Shown here in pieces: positions 1-7,538 of a DNA stretch of 51,434 nucleotides. Each line of letters starts with the position of its first letter. Within the stretch, counting starts at the first letter, position 1. Source of the DNA: an uncultured bacterium (GTDB lineage Bacteria; Armatimonadota; Hebobacteria; CAIYQO01); assembly GCA_964573385.1 (NCBI GenBank), contig CAZNLA010000001.1, forward strand, positions 1 to 51,434. The letters run 5' to 3'. The translations under genes and the position numbers were made by a program. Under the pieces are notes generated by a model. It was given only the letters and a program-made list of their open reading frames with translations, did no database searches and was not told the origin of the DNA.

Positions 1-50
1 GTTCGGTTACCAGAGCTATTGGTGCATCAATGGTATGGAATTCTCTACTC

Positions 51-130
51 GACTATTTGTAATAAAGCCTTAATTACTTATTTAAAATCAGTGAATTATG
101 GTAATATGATAATAGAGGTTCATATTAATT
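51..130 (+). repeat. CRISPR leader-like element, copy 1 (subtype A; only the distal ~80 nt, upstream flank unique)
   Basis: TATTTGTAATAAAGCCTTAATTACT...AAAATCAGTGAATTATGGTAATATGATAAT...ATATTAATTA recurs at 283-396 and 1719-1832. A diverged form recurs at 559-664 and 2216-2320. An extended -10-like TGGTAATAT lies at 99-107, about 25 nt upstream of the first repeat fragment. Confidence 0.75.
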
Positions 131-282
131 AAATGCCGAAGGCATTGAAACGAACTTTGCAACGAGTATCTATCATTGTATTACGTTCGAACGACTAGGA
201 GAATGCCGAAGGCATTGAAACATTTGAACGATCCCACAGGCACCAACACCAGAGTTCGAACGACTAGAAGAATGCCGAAGGC
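131..282 (+). CRISPR. CRISPR mini-array 1 (2 spacers)
   Basis: 3' repeat fragment 131-151 (AAATGCCGAAGGCATTGAAAC), full 37-nt repeat 185-221, and 5' 29-nt repeat fragment 254-282. Spacers are 152-184 and 222-253. The strand is called from the ATTGAAAC 3' end of the repeat (typical Cas6 8-nt handle), the upstream leaders and the downstream terminators. Confidence 0.9.
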
Positions 283-396
283 TTAAATAATTACAAATTG
301 ATAATTACAAATTACAAATTATTTAAAATAAAGTCTTAATTGCTAATTCAAAATCAGTGAATTATGGTAATATGATAATTAAGGTTGATATTAATT
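283..396 (+). repeat. Leader-like inter-array element, copy 2 (subtype A)
   Basis: It follows the truncated repeat ending ...GCCGAAGGC at 282. It has internal short tandem ATAATTACAAATT units and TGGTAATAT at 365-373. It ends ...ATATTAATTA directly before the 3' repeat fragment. Confidence 0.8.
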
Positions 397-558
397 AAAT
401 GCCGAAGGCATTGAAACAGGGTTGCACGGTTGCGACCGCTGCGTAAACGTACGGTAGTTCGAACGACTATAAGAATGCCGAAGGCATTGAAACGCGATGA
501 AATCAGGTCGGTTCGATCAGGTATCAGAGGTTGCAACGACTAGAAGAATGCCGAAGGC
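397..558 (+). CRISPR. CRISPR mini-array 2 (2 spacers)
   Basis: 3' repeat fragment 397-417, full repeat 457-493 (variant ...GACTATAAG...), and 5' fragment 530-558 (variant GTTGCAAC...). Spacers are 418-456 and 494-529. Confidence 0.9.
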
Positions 559-664
559 ATAAATAATTGCAAATTGATAATTGCAAATTGTAAATTATTT
601 GTAATAAAGCCTTAATTACTAATTCAAAATCAGTGGATTTTGGTATCATATAAATTATGTTTCA
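559..664 (+). repeat. Leader-like inter-array element, copy 3 (subtype B)
   Basis: ATAAATAATTGCAAATTGATAATTGCAAATTGTAAATTATTTGTAATAAAGCC...AATCAGTGGATTTTGGTATCATATAAATTATGTTTCA. It carries the TGGTATCAT extended -10-like box. Confidence 0.8.
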
Positions 665-1718
665 GGCTATAAGAATGCCGAAGGCATTGAAACTCCAAAT
701 CTTGCTTGTTTTCATTTTTTAAGGTTCCGTTCGAACGACTAGAAGAATGCCGAAGGCATTGAAACTTGCCACTGTTTATGTTTACAGTGAACTTAACGTG
801 TGAGTTCGAACGACTAGAAGAATGCCGAAGGCATTGAAACTAATTTAAACTTCAAACGTGTGCGTATGCGTCGACCGGTTCGAATGACTAGAAGAATGCC
901 GAAGGCATTGAAACCATCCAACTTCTGGCATTTCATTTTCTTCTGGAATTGCGGTTCGAACGACTAGAAGAATGCCGAAGGCATTGAAACTTACTCAAGT
1001 CGGTCAAAAGATCACGGTCAGTATCTGGTTCGAACGACTAGAAGAATGCCGAAGGCATTGAAACATAGCGCGTCGCGTTCCTCGACGGTCATGCGATGTT
1101 CGAACGACTAGAAGAATGCCGAAGGCATTGAAACGGATCCATGACATTCATAAGTGGGGCATCGGCGTTATGTTCGAACGACTAGAAGAATGCCGAAGGC
1201 ATTGAAACGATGTTGATAAGTTTCATTTGATTGCTCCTTTTAAGGTTCGAACGACTAGAAGAATGCCGAAGGCATTGAAACTATTTAGTCAAAAAATCGT
1301 TACCTTGCATTTGTTGACCGTTCGAACGACTAGAAGAATGCCGAAGGCATTGAAACGTAGTTGTAATTCCGTTGGTGCCATTAATGCCATGTTCGAACGA
1401 CTAGAAGAATGCCGAAGGCATTGAAACGATCTTTGGTGGATAATTATTCCACACATTGGCCGGGGTTGTTCGAACGACTAGAAGAATGCCGAAGGCATTG
1501 AAACGTGCATTGTCAACACACCAGTGTTTGCCACCCATGAAGTTCGAACGACTAGAAGAATGACGAAGGCATTGAAACGTGGCTGAAAATAGGTATACGA
1601 TCTGTCCAGCTAAGTTCGAACGACTAGAAGAATGCCGAAGGCATTGAAACTTCTTAAGCAAATTAATTATAACTTCAGTAATTGCCCATGTTCGAACGAC
1701 TAGAAGAATGCCGAAGGC
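665..1718 (+). CRISPR. CRISPR mini-array 3 (14 spacers)
   Basis: 3' repeat fragment 665-693 (GGCTATAAGAATGCCGAAGGCATTGAAAC). Thirteen full 37-nt repeats start at 729, 804, 878, 954, 1028, 1098, 1172, 1245, 1320, 1391, 1468, 1542 and 1614. The 5' 29-nt fragment is 1690-1718. Spacers are 33-40 nt and all different. Confidence 0.95.
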
Positions 1719-1832
1719 TTAAATAATTAAAAATTGATAATTACAAATTACAAATTATTTAAAATAAAGTCTAAATTACTAATTCAAAATCAGTGAATTA
1801 TGGTAATATAATAATTAAGGTTCATATTAATT
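1719..1832 (+). repeat. Leader-like inter-array element, copy 4 (subtype A)
   Basis: Near-identical to 283-396 (TTAAATAATTAAAAATTGATAATTACAAATTACAAATTATTTAAAATAAAGTC...GTGAATTATGGTAATATAATAATTAAGGTTCATATTAATTA). Confidence 0.8.
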
Positions 1833-2215
1833 AAATGCCGAAGGCATTGAAACAGAACTGCTCCTGCCACTTTGGTTTTAACAATGTGTTCGAACGACTA
1901 GAAGAATGCCGAAGGCATTGAAACGAAGCATTTTTGCTAACAACTGCTTTGACTGCAGTGATGTTCGAACGACTAGAAGAATGCCGAAGGCATTGAAACT
2001 CTGGGTCAAGAGTATTACCCTTGAGCATCAGTTCTTGTTCGAACGACTAGAAGAATGCCGAAGGCATTGAAACGCCAAAAATGTCGATCACCCCTACGAG
2101 CAGATATGCTGTTCGAACGACTAGAAGAATGCCGAAGGCATTGAAACGGGCGGACATCGATAACTTTTATTGTCCAAGCATCCTTGGTTCGAACGAATAG
2201 AAGAATGCCGAAGGC
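1833..2215 (+). CRISPR. CRISPR mini-array 4 (5 spacers)
   Basis: 3' repeat fragment 1833-1853, full repeats at 1888, 1963, 2037 and 2111, and 5' fragment 2187-2215. Spacers are 34-39 nt. Confidence 0.95.
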
Positions 2216-2320
2216 TTTAATAATTACAAATTAATAATTACAAATTACAAATTATTTTAAATAAAGTCTTAATTACTAATTCAAAATCAGTGGATTTTGG
2301 TATCATGTAAATTGTGGTTC
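2216..2320 (+). repeat. Leader-like inter-array element, copy 5 (subtype B)
   Basis: TTTAATAATTACAAATTAATAATTACAAATTACAAATTATTTTAAATAAAGTC...AATCAGTGGATTTTGGTATCATGTAAATTGTGGTTCA. Confidence 0.8.
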
Positions 2321-2568
2321 AGGCTATAAGAATGCCGAAGGCATTGAAACACGAGTCGGTATTGCATTCCTTCGAGCTCAAATGCCTTGTTGCAACGACT
2401 ATAAGAATGCCGTAGGCATTGAAACGCTCCTGGTTGAATCTGAAAACTACCACGAGTGGCTGAGTTGCAACGACTATAAGAATGCCGAAGGCATTGAAAC
2501 AAATTTTTCATGACTTGCTCCCTTTGAAAAGATGTTATCGTTGCAACGACTAGAAGAATGCCGAAGGC
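2321..2568 (+). CRISPR. CRISPR mini-array 5 (3 spacers; GTTGCAACGACTATAAG repeat variant)
   Basis: 3' repeat fragment 2321-2350, full repeats 2389-2425 and 2464-2500, and 5' fragment 2540-2568. It is followed by only the first ~18 nt of the inter-array element (2569-2586) and then unique sequence. Confidence 0.9.
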
Positions 2569-2622
2569 TTTAATAATTACAAATTGAAAAGGATTGTCCA
2601 AAACTTAATCAACCAGAAGTAT

Positions 2623-2646
2623 TCCGAGCATCCTCCTCGGATTTTT
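2623..2646 (+). terminator. Rho-independent terminator-like hairpin 1 downstream of the CRISPR locus
   Basis: TCCGAG (2623-2628) pairs with CTCGGA (2636-2641) around a 7-nt loop and is followed by TTTTT (2642-2646). Confidence 0.55.
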
Positions 2647-2672
2647 GCGAGCAAGATGCTCGCAATACTTTT
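2645..2672 (+). terminator. Rho-independent terminator-like hairpin 2
   Basis: Perfect 9-bp stem TTGCGAGCA (2645-2653) / TGCTCGCAA (2657-2665) with a 3-nt loop, followed by TACTTTT. Confidence 0.55.
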
Positions 2673-2702
2673 GGTTATTGCAATTGTCTTTAGTAATTAA
2701 AG

Positions 2703-2770
2703 AATCTGTGAATCCTTTAATCATGTGAATAGTGGTTCAGGCTATAAGAATGCCGTATGTTATGAAAGGC
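2703..2770 (+). repeat. Degenerate subtype-B leader plus decayed repeat remnant
   Basis: AATCTGTGAATCCTTTAATCATGTGAATAGTGGTTCAGGCTATAAGAATGCCGTATGTTATGAAAGGC aligns with AATCAGTGGATTTTGGTATCATGTAAATTGTGGTTCAGGCTATAAGAATGCCGAAGGCATTGAAAC (2283-2350). Confidence 0.7.
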
Positions 2771-2789
2771 TATATCTAAGGAGAATATA

Positions 2790-2948
2790 ATGAATAAATT
2801 ACCAGAAGATCACGCTAAAAAGGTTTGTAAGATGTTCCAGGGTGCAGAATCATGTGCTTTTCTTGTACATAATTTTGATGGAGATGAGTTCACCTTTGCT
2901 TGTGCTAAGGGTGACCCTCTTGAGTTTAATATTCTTAAAAAAAATTAG
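2790..2948 (+). CDS. Small hypothetical ORF (52 aa), probably the N-terminal part of a split Cys-rich protein
   Basis: ATG at 2790 is preceded by AAGGAG (2778-2783). It translates to MNKLPEDHAKKVCKMFQGAESCAFLVHNFDGDEFTFACAKGDPLEFNILKKN. The stop comes directly after an A8 tract (2937-2944). This ORF is below the 60-aa cutoff of the supplied track. Confidence 0.4.
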   Translation: MNKLPEDHAKKVCKMFQGAESCAFLVHNFDGDEFTFACAKGDPLEFNILKKN

Positions 2949-2958
2949 CGAAGGCACT

Positions 2959-3201
2959 ATGAAGTCGAAAGGCAATCATTGTAGTGGCTACGGTGCTGAT
3001 ACGGCTAAAGTTTGTACTACTATTTGTAAAAATTCTGGTTCTCTCTGTTCGTTTTGTAATAATTATGATGTTATGTCTTGTCGATATAACGTGAATTCAT
3101 CACTTAAGATTTCATGTATCCCGACATGTGAAAGACCGGGAGGGCCTTGTCCTGAAGGTGAAACATTTTATGAGAAGGCTGGAGCAAAGTTTGAAAAATA
3201 G
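2959..3201 (+). CDS. Cys-rich hypothetical protein (80 aa from ATG 2959; the frame is open from 2842)
   Basis: MKSKGNHCSGYGADTAKVCTTICKNSGSLCSFCNNYDVMSCRYNVNSSLKISCIPTCERPGGPCPEGETF... contains 11 Cys. The frame is +1 relative to ORF 2790-2948 and would fuse to it if the A8 tract lost one A. Confidence 0.35.
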   Translation: MKSKGNHCSGYGADTAKVCTTICKNSGSLCSFCNNYDVMSCRYNVNSSLKISCIPTCERPGGPCPEGETFYEKAGAKFEK

Positions 3202-3211
3202 ATGAATAAAG

Positions 3212-3241
3212 TTGACGGGATTTGAAAGGCAGTGCTACAAT
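3212..3241 (+). promoter_or_regulatory. Sigma70-like promoter candidate for the CARF operon
   Basis: TTGACG (3212-3217), an 18-nt spacer, then TACAAT (3236-3241), about 165 nt upstream of ATG 3406. Confidence 0.4.
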
Positions 3242-3405
3242 AATGACATGATTATAACCGTTTATATCGGTTAGAGAAGTTGGACTTCATTATGCCGCTG
3301 GAAGCCCGATAATATTAAGAAAATGAAATCTCACGACAAACAGTGGTATATAGGTTAAAGTTGTGTCCAAACAATCGGATGTGGCACAGATAAAAGGATA
3401 TATTT

Positions 3406-4701
3406 ATGAAATACTTATTGCTTACAGTGGGTGGATCCTATCAACCGTTAGTGAGAGCTATTACCACATTAGAACCAGATCATGTCGTGTTTTTATGTTC
3501 AAAAGACACAACCGAAGGCAAAGGATCATACACACAAGTTACGGGTGCAGGACTGGTGTGTGGTGGCAGACCCGGGCAACCTGCAGACCAACCATGCATA
3601 CCTGCTCAAACTGGTTTAGCTCCAGACCAATATAACTTATCAATCTATGATATTGACCCCGATGATTTGAGTGATTGTTATAGTAAATGTGCAAATGTTA
3701 TACAACAGATACGCGCAAATGATTCACAGGCAAATATATACGCAGATTATACCGGCAGTACTAAATCAATGTCAGCAGGTTTGGCGTGTGCGGCATTAGA
3801 TGATGGTAAGATAAATATTATGTTGGTGACCGGTTTTCGACCAAACCTGGTTGCAGTACAGGATGGTTGCGAATTTCTTACTCGTGCTAAGGTTGAATCA
3901 GTTATTTTATTACGGATAAAAAAAGAGATAAACAGGTTATTAAAATCTTATGATTACGCATCAGCAGAGAAAGTATTGCGTGTTTACCTGTCTGACACAA
4001 CTAATAACATGGTAAGTGAATGGTTGGCTATTTGTAAGGCTTTTGATGCCTGGGATAGGTTCGACCATAAATCTGCCATAAAATTCCTGAATTCAACTAA
4101 AAAGTATCCCAAACATATAGCATTTCTTGGTAAATTAGAGGATATTATAACTGCTGATGCTGGTAAAGTTGAAGATAAAGATGCGGTAGAACCTAACCCG
4201 AAGATTGGATTTATGCTGGTTACAGATATTTTAGCGAATGCTCGCAGAAGGGCCAGTCAGGGACGATATGATGATGCCATAGGCCGACATTACAGAGCAG
4301 TTGAATTAATAGCGCAAACATTGTTATTGGTTAAGTGTGGGATAAAAACAAGTGAATGTCCTGTTGCTGAAATACCTGCGGAATGGATGTGGAAGATAGA
4401 CGAAGGGCAAACTGAGATTAAATTAGGATTAATGAAATCATGGGAATTAACGGCTTATAAATGTCCAGAAATTGCTGAACAATATAAATTATTTAAATCA
4501 CAATTATTAAGTGCTATTGAACGAAGAAATATGAGCCTTTTTGCACATGGTACAGTTCCAATAAATAAACAAGATTATGAAGATGATGTTAAAAACGGAA
4601 TGGCCGCATTTGCAGATATGATATTAAAAATAATAGCGAAAGATAAGAAAATTACTCCTCCGGATATGTTTTCTCCGGATTTTGTAACAGAATTAGAATG
4701 A
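3406..4701 (+). CDS. CARF-HEPN protein, Cas02710 (TIGR02710)-like type III CRISPR accessory effector
   Basis: 431-aa ORF. The N-terminus has the CARF-type start MKYLLLTVGGSYQP and DYTGSTKSMSAG (DxTGGTK-like). The C-terminus has ANARRRASQGRYDDAIGRHYRAVE and ERRNMSLFAHG (Rx4-6H HEPN-type motif, nt 4522-4551). The family is recalled from memory, not searched. Confidence 0.7.
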   Translation: MKYLLLTVGGSYQPLVRAITTLEPDHVVFLCSKDTTEGKGSYTQVTGAGLVCGGRPGQPADQPCIPAQTGLAPDQYNLSIYDIDPDDLSDCYSKCANVIQQIRANDSQANIYADYTGSTKSMSAGLACAALDDGKINIMLVTGFRPNLVAVQDGCEFLTRAKVESVILLRIKKEINRLLKSYDYASAEKVLRVYLSDTTNNMVSEWLAICKAFDAWDRFDHKSAIKFLNSTKKYPKHIAFLGKLEDIITADAGKVEDKDAVEPNPKIGFMLVTDILANARRRASQGRYDDAIGRHYRAVELIAQTLLLVKCGIKTSECPVAEIPAEWMWKIDEGQTEIKLGLMKSWELTAYKCPEIAEQYKLFKSQLLSAIERRNMSLFAHGTVPINKQDYEDDVKNGMAAFADMILKIIAKDKKITPPDMFSPDFVTELE

Positions 4702-4711
4702 CGGTTTACTT

Positions 4712-6220
4712 ATGACTATTGATAAAAAAACAGCTTTAATATTGTTTGCGTCAGAACAGGTGTGGCCAAATCTGCTAAGTATAGAGTGGTATCACCAAAA
4801 CGCTAATTTAACCAATGTGTATATATACCACACAAATGATGAACAACGATCGGCAATGCCTGCACAGAGAATAAAAAAGTTTTGCGAACTTCAATATCCT
4901 GACCTGCAATGCGTAATGCCCATAGATGGTATGCCAATGACACCGGATAAAGTTGTTGAGCAGGTATCAGCATGGTATGACGGAAATCAAGAGATATCGA
5001 ATTGGGTTATAAATGCTACTGGTGGTACAAAATTAATATTTGCCGGTGCGGTTAATACATTAATAATGCAAAATAGATTAAGAAAATGGGATTTTATTTA
5101 CTGTGAGTTGGGTGGATGGTATGGTTTGTCCCTTGATTTGTTGGGGTTGATAATCGCTGATAAAATGGATGGAAAATTTATCCCCTTTGATACACTAAAT
5201 AATGTGCCACTGCTTAATCTTATTAAAACACAATTTCAAAGTAAAGATGATTTGATATGGTATGCAGGGACAAAAGAGATATTTACATCAATCAGCATGG
5301 ATAATATGAGAACTATGCTGAGTCTGGGTGAATCGGAGAATTGGAATTGGAAAAAGCTATTTCAACAAATTGATGTTAACCCGGAAAATACATCAAGTGG
5401 TTTATTATTTGAACAATTCATTGCGGCTTCAATAATGTTGATAGGATTAGATAAAAGTCAAATCGACATAAATGTTGTTTCTAAAAGTAAAGAACATGGG
5501 AATGTGCAGCAAGAAATTGATGTTATAGTAAATAATAACGGCCGATTGATTATCTTTGATTGTAAATTAAAAGATGTAGATTCGGAAAGTGATGCTTTTA
5601 TAACACATATAAAAGCATCACATGATACCACGCAAATGTTAGGAGGATTAAATGCTCAATGTGTAATGATTCGTCCTAACAGAATTGTAAATGATGAAGA
5701 AAAGTTGATTGCATCCGCTTGGCGAGTGAAAATACTGGGACTAAGTGAGTGTAAAAACTTATTTACGGAAATTGGCAAAATAATTCAGATAAATCCACCG
5801 GAAGATATGCTTGCTGTGGAGCAACTTTATTTAAATGACTATAGCATAAAACCCATATTGGTTCCTATTAAAGAATCGGAACGACTTATGGCAGATGACC
5901 AACATATTCTTAGGATTAATTCTATACAGACTTATTTTCAACGAGTAAATTGTTGGGAAAATATAGGATGGGTATCAATAGAGGTCGGGTCAAATATTTG
6001 GATAATCAGAGATGTTTTCTGTGGGATTAAAGATTTTAACAGAACTGATAAAAGGATAGCTTTGGTAAATATGCTTACACAGATATGTGATAATTATCAA
6101 ATAACAATTAGTAAGACAGGAATTTCATGGTATGCTATTATTTTTATTAATAATGATGATAAAAGAAAAGCATTCAATATCTGGATAGATGACAGTGCAA
6201 CAAATCATAATTTGTTATAA
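4712..6220 (+). CDS. Can2/Card1-like CARF + PD-(D/E)xK nuclease with an extra C-terminal region
   Basis: 502-aa ORF. ALILFASEQVWPNLL and INATGGTKLIFAG are DUF1887/Card1-type CARF motifs. The nuclease motif is QQEIDVIV-x8-LIIFDCKLKD (nt 5513-5575). About 150 C-terminal aa carry no motif I recognise. Confidence 0.7.
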   Translation: MTIDKKTALILFASEQVWPNLLSIEWYHQNANLTNVYIYHTNDEQRSAMPAQRIKKFCELQYPDLQCVMPIDGMPMTPDKVVEQVSAWYDGNQEISNWVINATGGTKLIFAGAVNTLIMQNRLRKWDFIYCELGGWYGLSLDLLGLIIADKMDGKFIPFDTLNNVPLLNLIKTQFQSKDDLIWYAGTKEIFTSISMDNMRTMLSLGESENWNWKKLFQQIDVNPENTSSGLLFEQFIAASIMLIGLDKSQIDINVVSKSKEHGNVQQEIDVIVNNNGRLIIFDCKLKDVDSESDAFITHIKASHDTTQMLGGLNAQCVMIRPNRIVNDEEKLIASAWRVKILGLSECKNLFTEIGKIIQINPPEDMLAVEQLYLNDYSIKPILVPIKESERLMADDQHILRINSIQTYFQRVNCWENIGWVSIEVGSNIWIIRDVFCGIKDFNRTDKRIALVNMLTQICDNYQITISKTGISWYAIIFINNDDKRKAFNIWIDDSATNHNLL

Positions 6221-6255
6221 TTTGTTAAGGAAATTCAAAATAGAAGGAGCAAATA

Positions 6256-6588
6256 ATGTCGGAACCAGTTATAAAAATAACAGATGTAAAAGTGACCGAA
6301 ACGATTATGCCGGTCAAGCAGATTTCTTTTGAGATACCTGGTGGGAACACCACACCACAGGAGTTTGCTACCGCAGTTTCAAAAATGCCTGAGGTAAGTG
6401 GTAGAAATATAATACTTATAGAAGGCAGAGGGCCTATTTGGGGGTATGGTATGATAATGCATAAAGCACATGCTACCACCGCTATTGGCTGTTTTGATCC
6501 GCGCCTTGAAGGCTATGTAGTTGTGCAGTCGCATAATGACAGTATTGTTGTTGGTCAAATGCTAACGCTGATTTTGAAGGGTGAATAA
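6256..6588 (+). CDS. csx3: Csx3 (Crn3) ring nuclease
   Basis: 110-aa ORF with SD AAGGAG. IILIEGRGPIWGYGMIMHKAH...AIGCFDPRLEGYVVVQSH matches the Csx3 core pattern (GRGPiW ... DPRL.gyvVv.SH). Confidence 0.8.
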   Translation: MSEPVIKITDVKVTETIMPVKQISFEIPGGNTTPQEFATAVSKMPEVSGRNIILIEGRGPIWGYGMIMHKAHATTAIGCFDPRLEGYVVVQSHNDSIVVGQMLTLILKGE

Positions 6589-6590
6589 AG

Positions 6591-7538
6591 ATGTTAGATG
6601 TAATAAAAAGTAAATTTGGAAATCTGAAAAGCTTAATGAAGAAAAATAGAGACGCTATTTGCATAGTGTTTCTCGTTTTGGGCAACCTTACAATTGCCGA
6701 TTTTGTAACAGAAGGTTTAAAAAAGATATTTTCATTCCTTTTTGCTGAACAAAAGCCTACAGTATATTTTACTGTAGAAAATTTCTGGTTATATTTTACA
6801 ACAATTGTTTCAATATTCATATTTGTATGGTTCTCTTTTATGATTTATAAACTTAAAGAGAGTTTTACCAGAGTTAGAACATTGGAATTATATGAAAGTA
6901 GAAAACCGCACAAAGGATTAATAATATTATTGTCAACACCCACCATGGGTATTAATGTAACATTTAATACCGGTATTCAGTTGTGGAGTATTAATAATAA
7001 AGGTACATCTGTTGATTTTAATGGTCAAAGTTTAGACGATGATGTTGAAGCACTGGCGTTATCACCAATAGGTTGTAATTGGGAGATGTTAATGCGAGGA
7101 ATAAATGCAAATTTACCTAAATTGGAAAAAGTAATTTTGATTTGCTCTGCTGTTGGGAAGAAACCAAATGGGGACCCATTACCAGGATCGGTATCAAATT
7201 ATGAAGATGCGAAGCAAATAATAGACCATTACACCATGCCCAATGATGAGGTTTCTATTGTCACAAAATTTCCTGATGATATGAACGGGGTTGATTTTGA
7301 GGATTTGGATGCATTGACCCATGTGTTGCAAGATGCTATTGACTATCTTCATCATAAATGTCAAATACCTCACCGGGAAATACTTATTGATGTTACCGGA
7401 GGACAGAAAGTTACCAGTATTGCCGGTGCTTTGATTACTTTAAAGAATGAAGTGAAGATTCAGTATGTTCCAACAGGGAACACAAACACAATTAAGTTGT
7501 ATAACACTGTCATGGAAGACGCACCTGACATGGGATGA
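6591..7538 (+). CDS. Membrane-anchored CARF protein (Cam1-like architecture: 2 TM helices + CARF)
   Basis: 315-aa ORF that starts 3 nt after the csx3 stop. The TM segments are AICIVFLVLGNLTIADFV and FWLYFTTIVSIFIFVWFSFMIY. The CARF-like elements are HKGLIILLSTP, VILICSAVG and LIDVTGGQKVTSIAGAL (nt ~7386-7420). Confidence 0.6.
   Translation: MLDVIKSKFGNLKSLMKKNRDAICIVFLVLGNLTIADFVTEGLKKIFSFLFAEQKPTVYFTVENFWLYFTTIVSIFIFVWFSFMIYKLKESFTRVRTLELYESRKPHKGLIILLSTPTMGINVTFNTGIQLWSINNKGTSVDFNGQSLDDDVEALALSPIGCNWEMLMRGINANLPKLEKVILICSAVGKKPNGDPLPGSVSNYEDAKQIIDHYTMPNDEVSIVTKFPDDMNGVDFEDLDALTHVLQDAIDYLHHKCQIPHREILIDVTGGQKVTSIAGALITLKNEVKIQYVPTGNTNTIKLYNTVMEDAPDMG

Noticed and set aside
354-2601. Track ORFs 354-536(-), 1227-1424(+), 1401-1661(-), 1831-2028(-) and 2287-2601(-), whose translations contain recurring FQCLRHSSSRSN / RRMPKALK peptides.
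   Set aside because: They lie entirely within the CRISPR arrays. The recurring peptide is just the translated 37-nt repeat, so they are not genes.
2703-2770. Degenerate repeat considered as a tracrRNA anti-repeat, or as a CreA-like crRNA mimic regulating the adjacent small ORF.
   Set aside because: It is in the same orientation as the repeats, so it is not complementary and is not an anti-repeat. The repeat class (ATTGAAAC handle, CARF neighbours) points to Cas6-processed type I/III, not type II/V. The pseudo-spacer is sense, not antisense, to the adjacent ORF.
3363-3635. 90-aa + strand ORF overlapping the start of the CARF-HEPN gene in another frame.
   Set aside because: It is fully overlapped by the 431-aa ORF, which has clear CARF/HEPN motifs and an SD. 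The alternative frame has no motif or RBS support.
6225-6820. Minus-strand ORFs 6225-6479 and 6482-6820, antisense to csx3 and the TM-CARF gene.
   Set aside because: They are antisense shadows of well-supported + strand genes. They have no SD and low-complexity translations.
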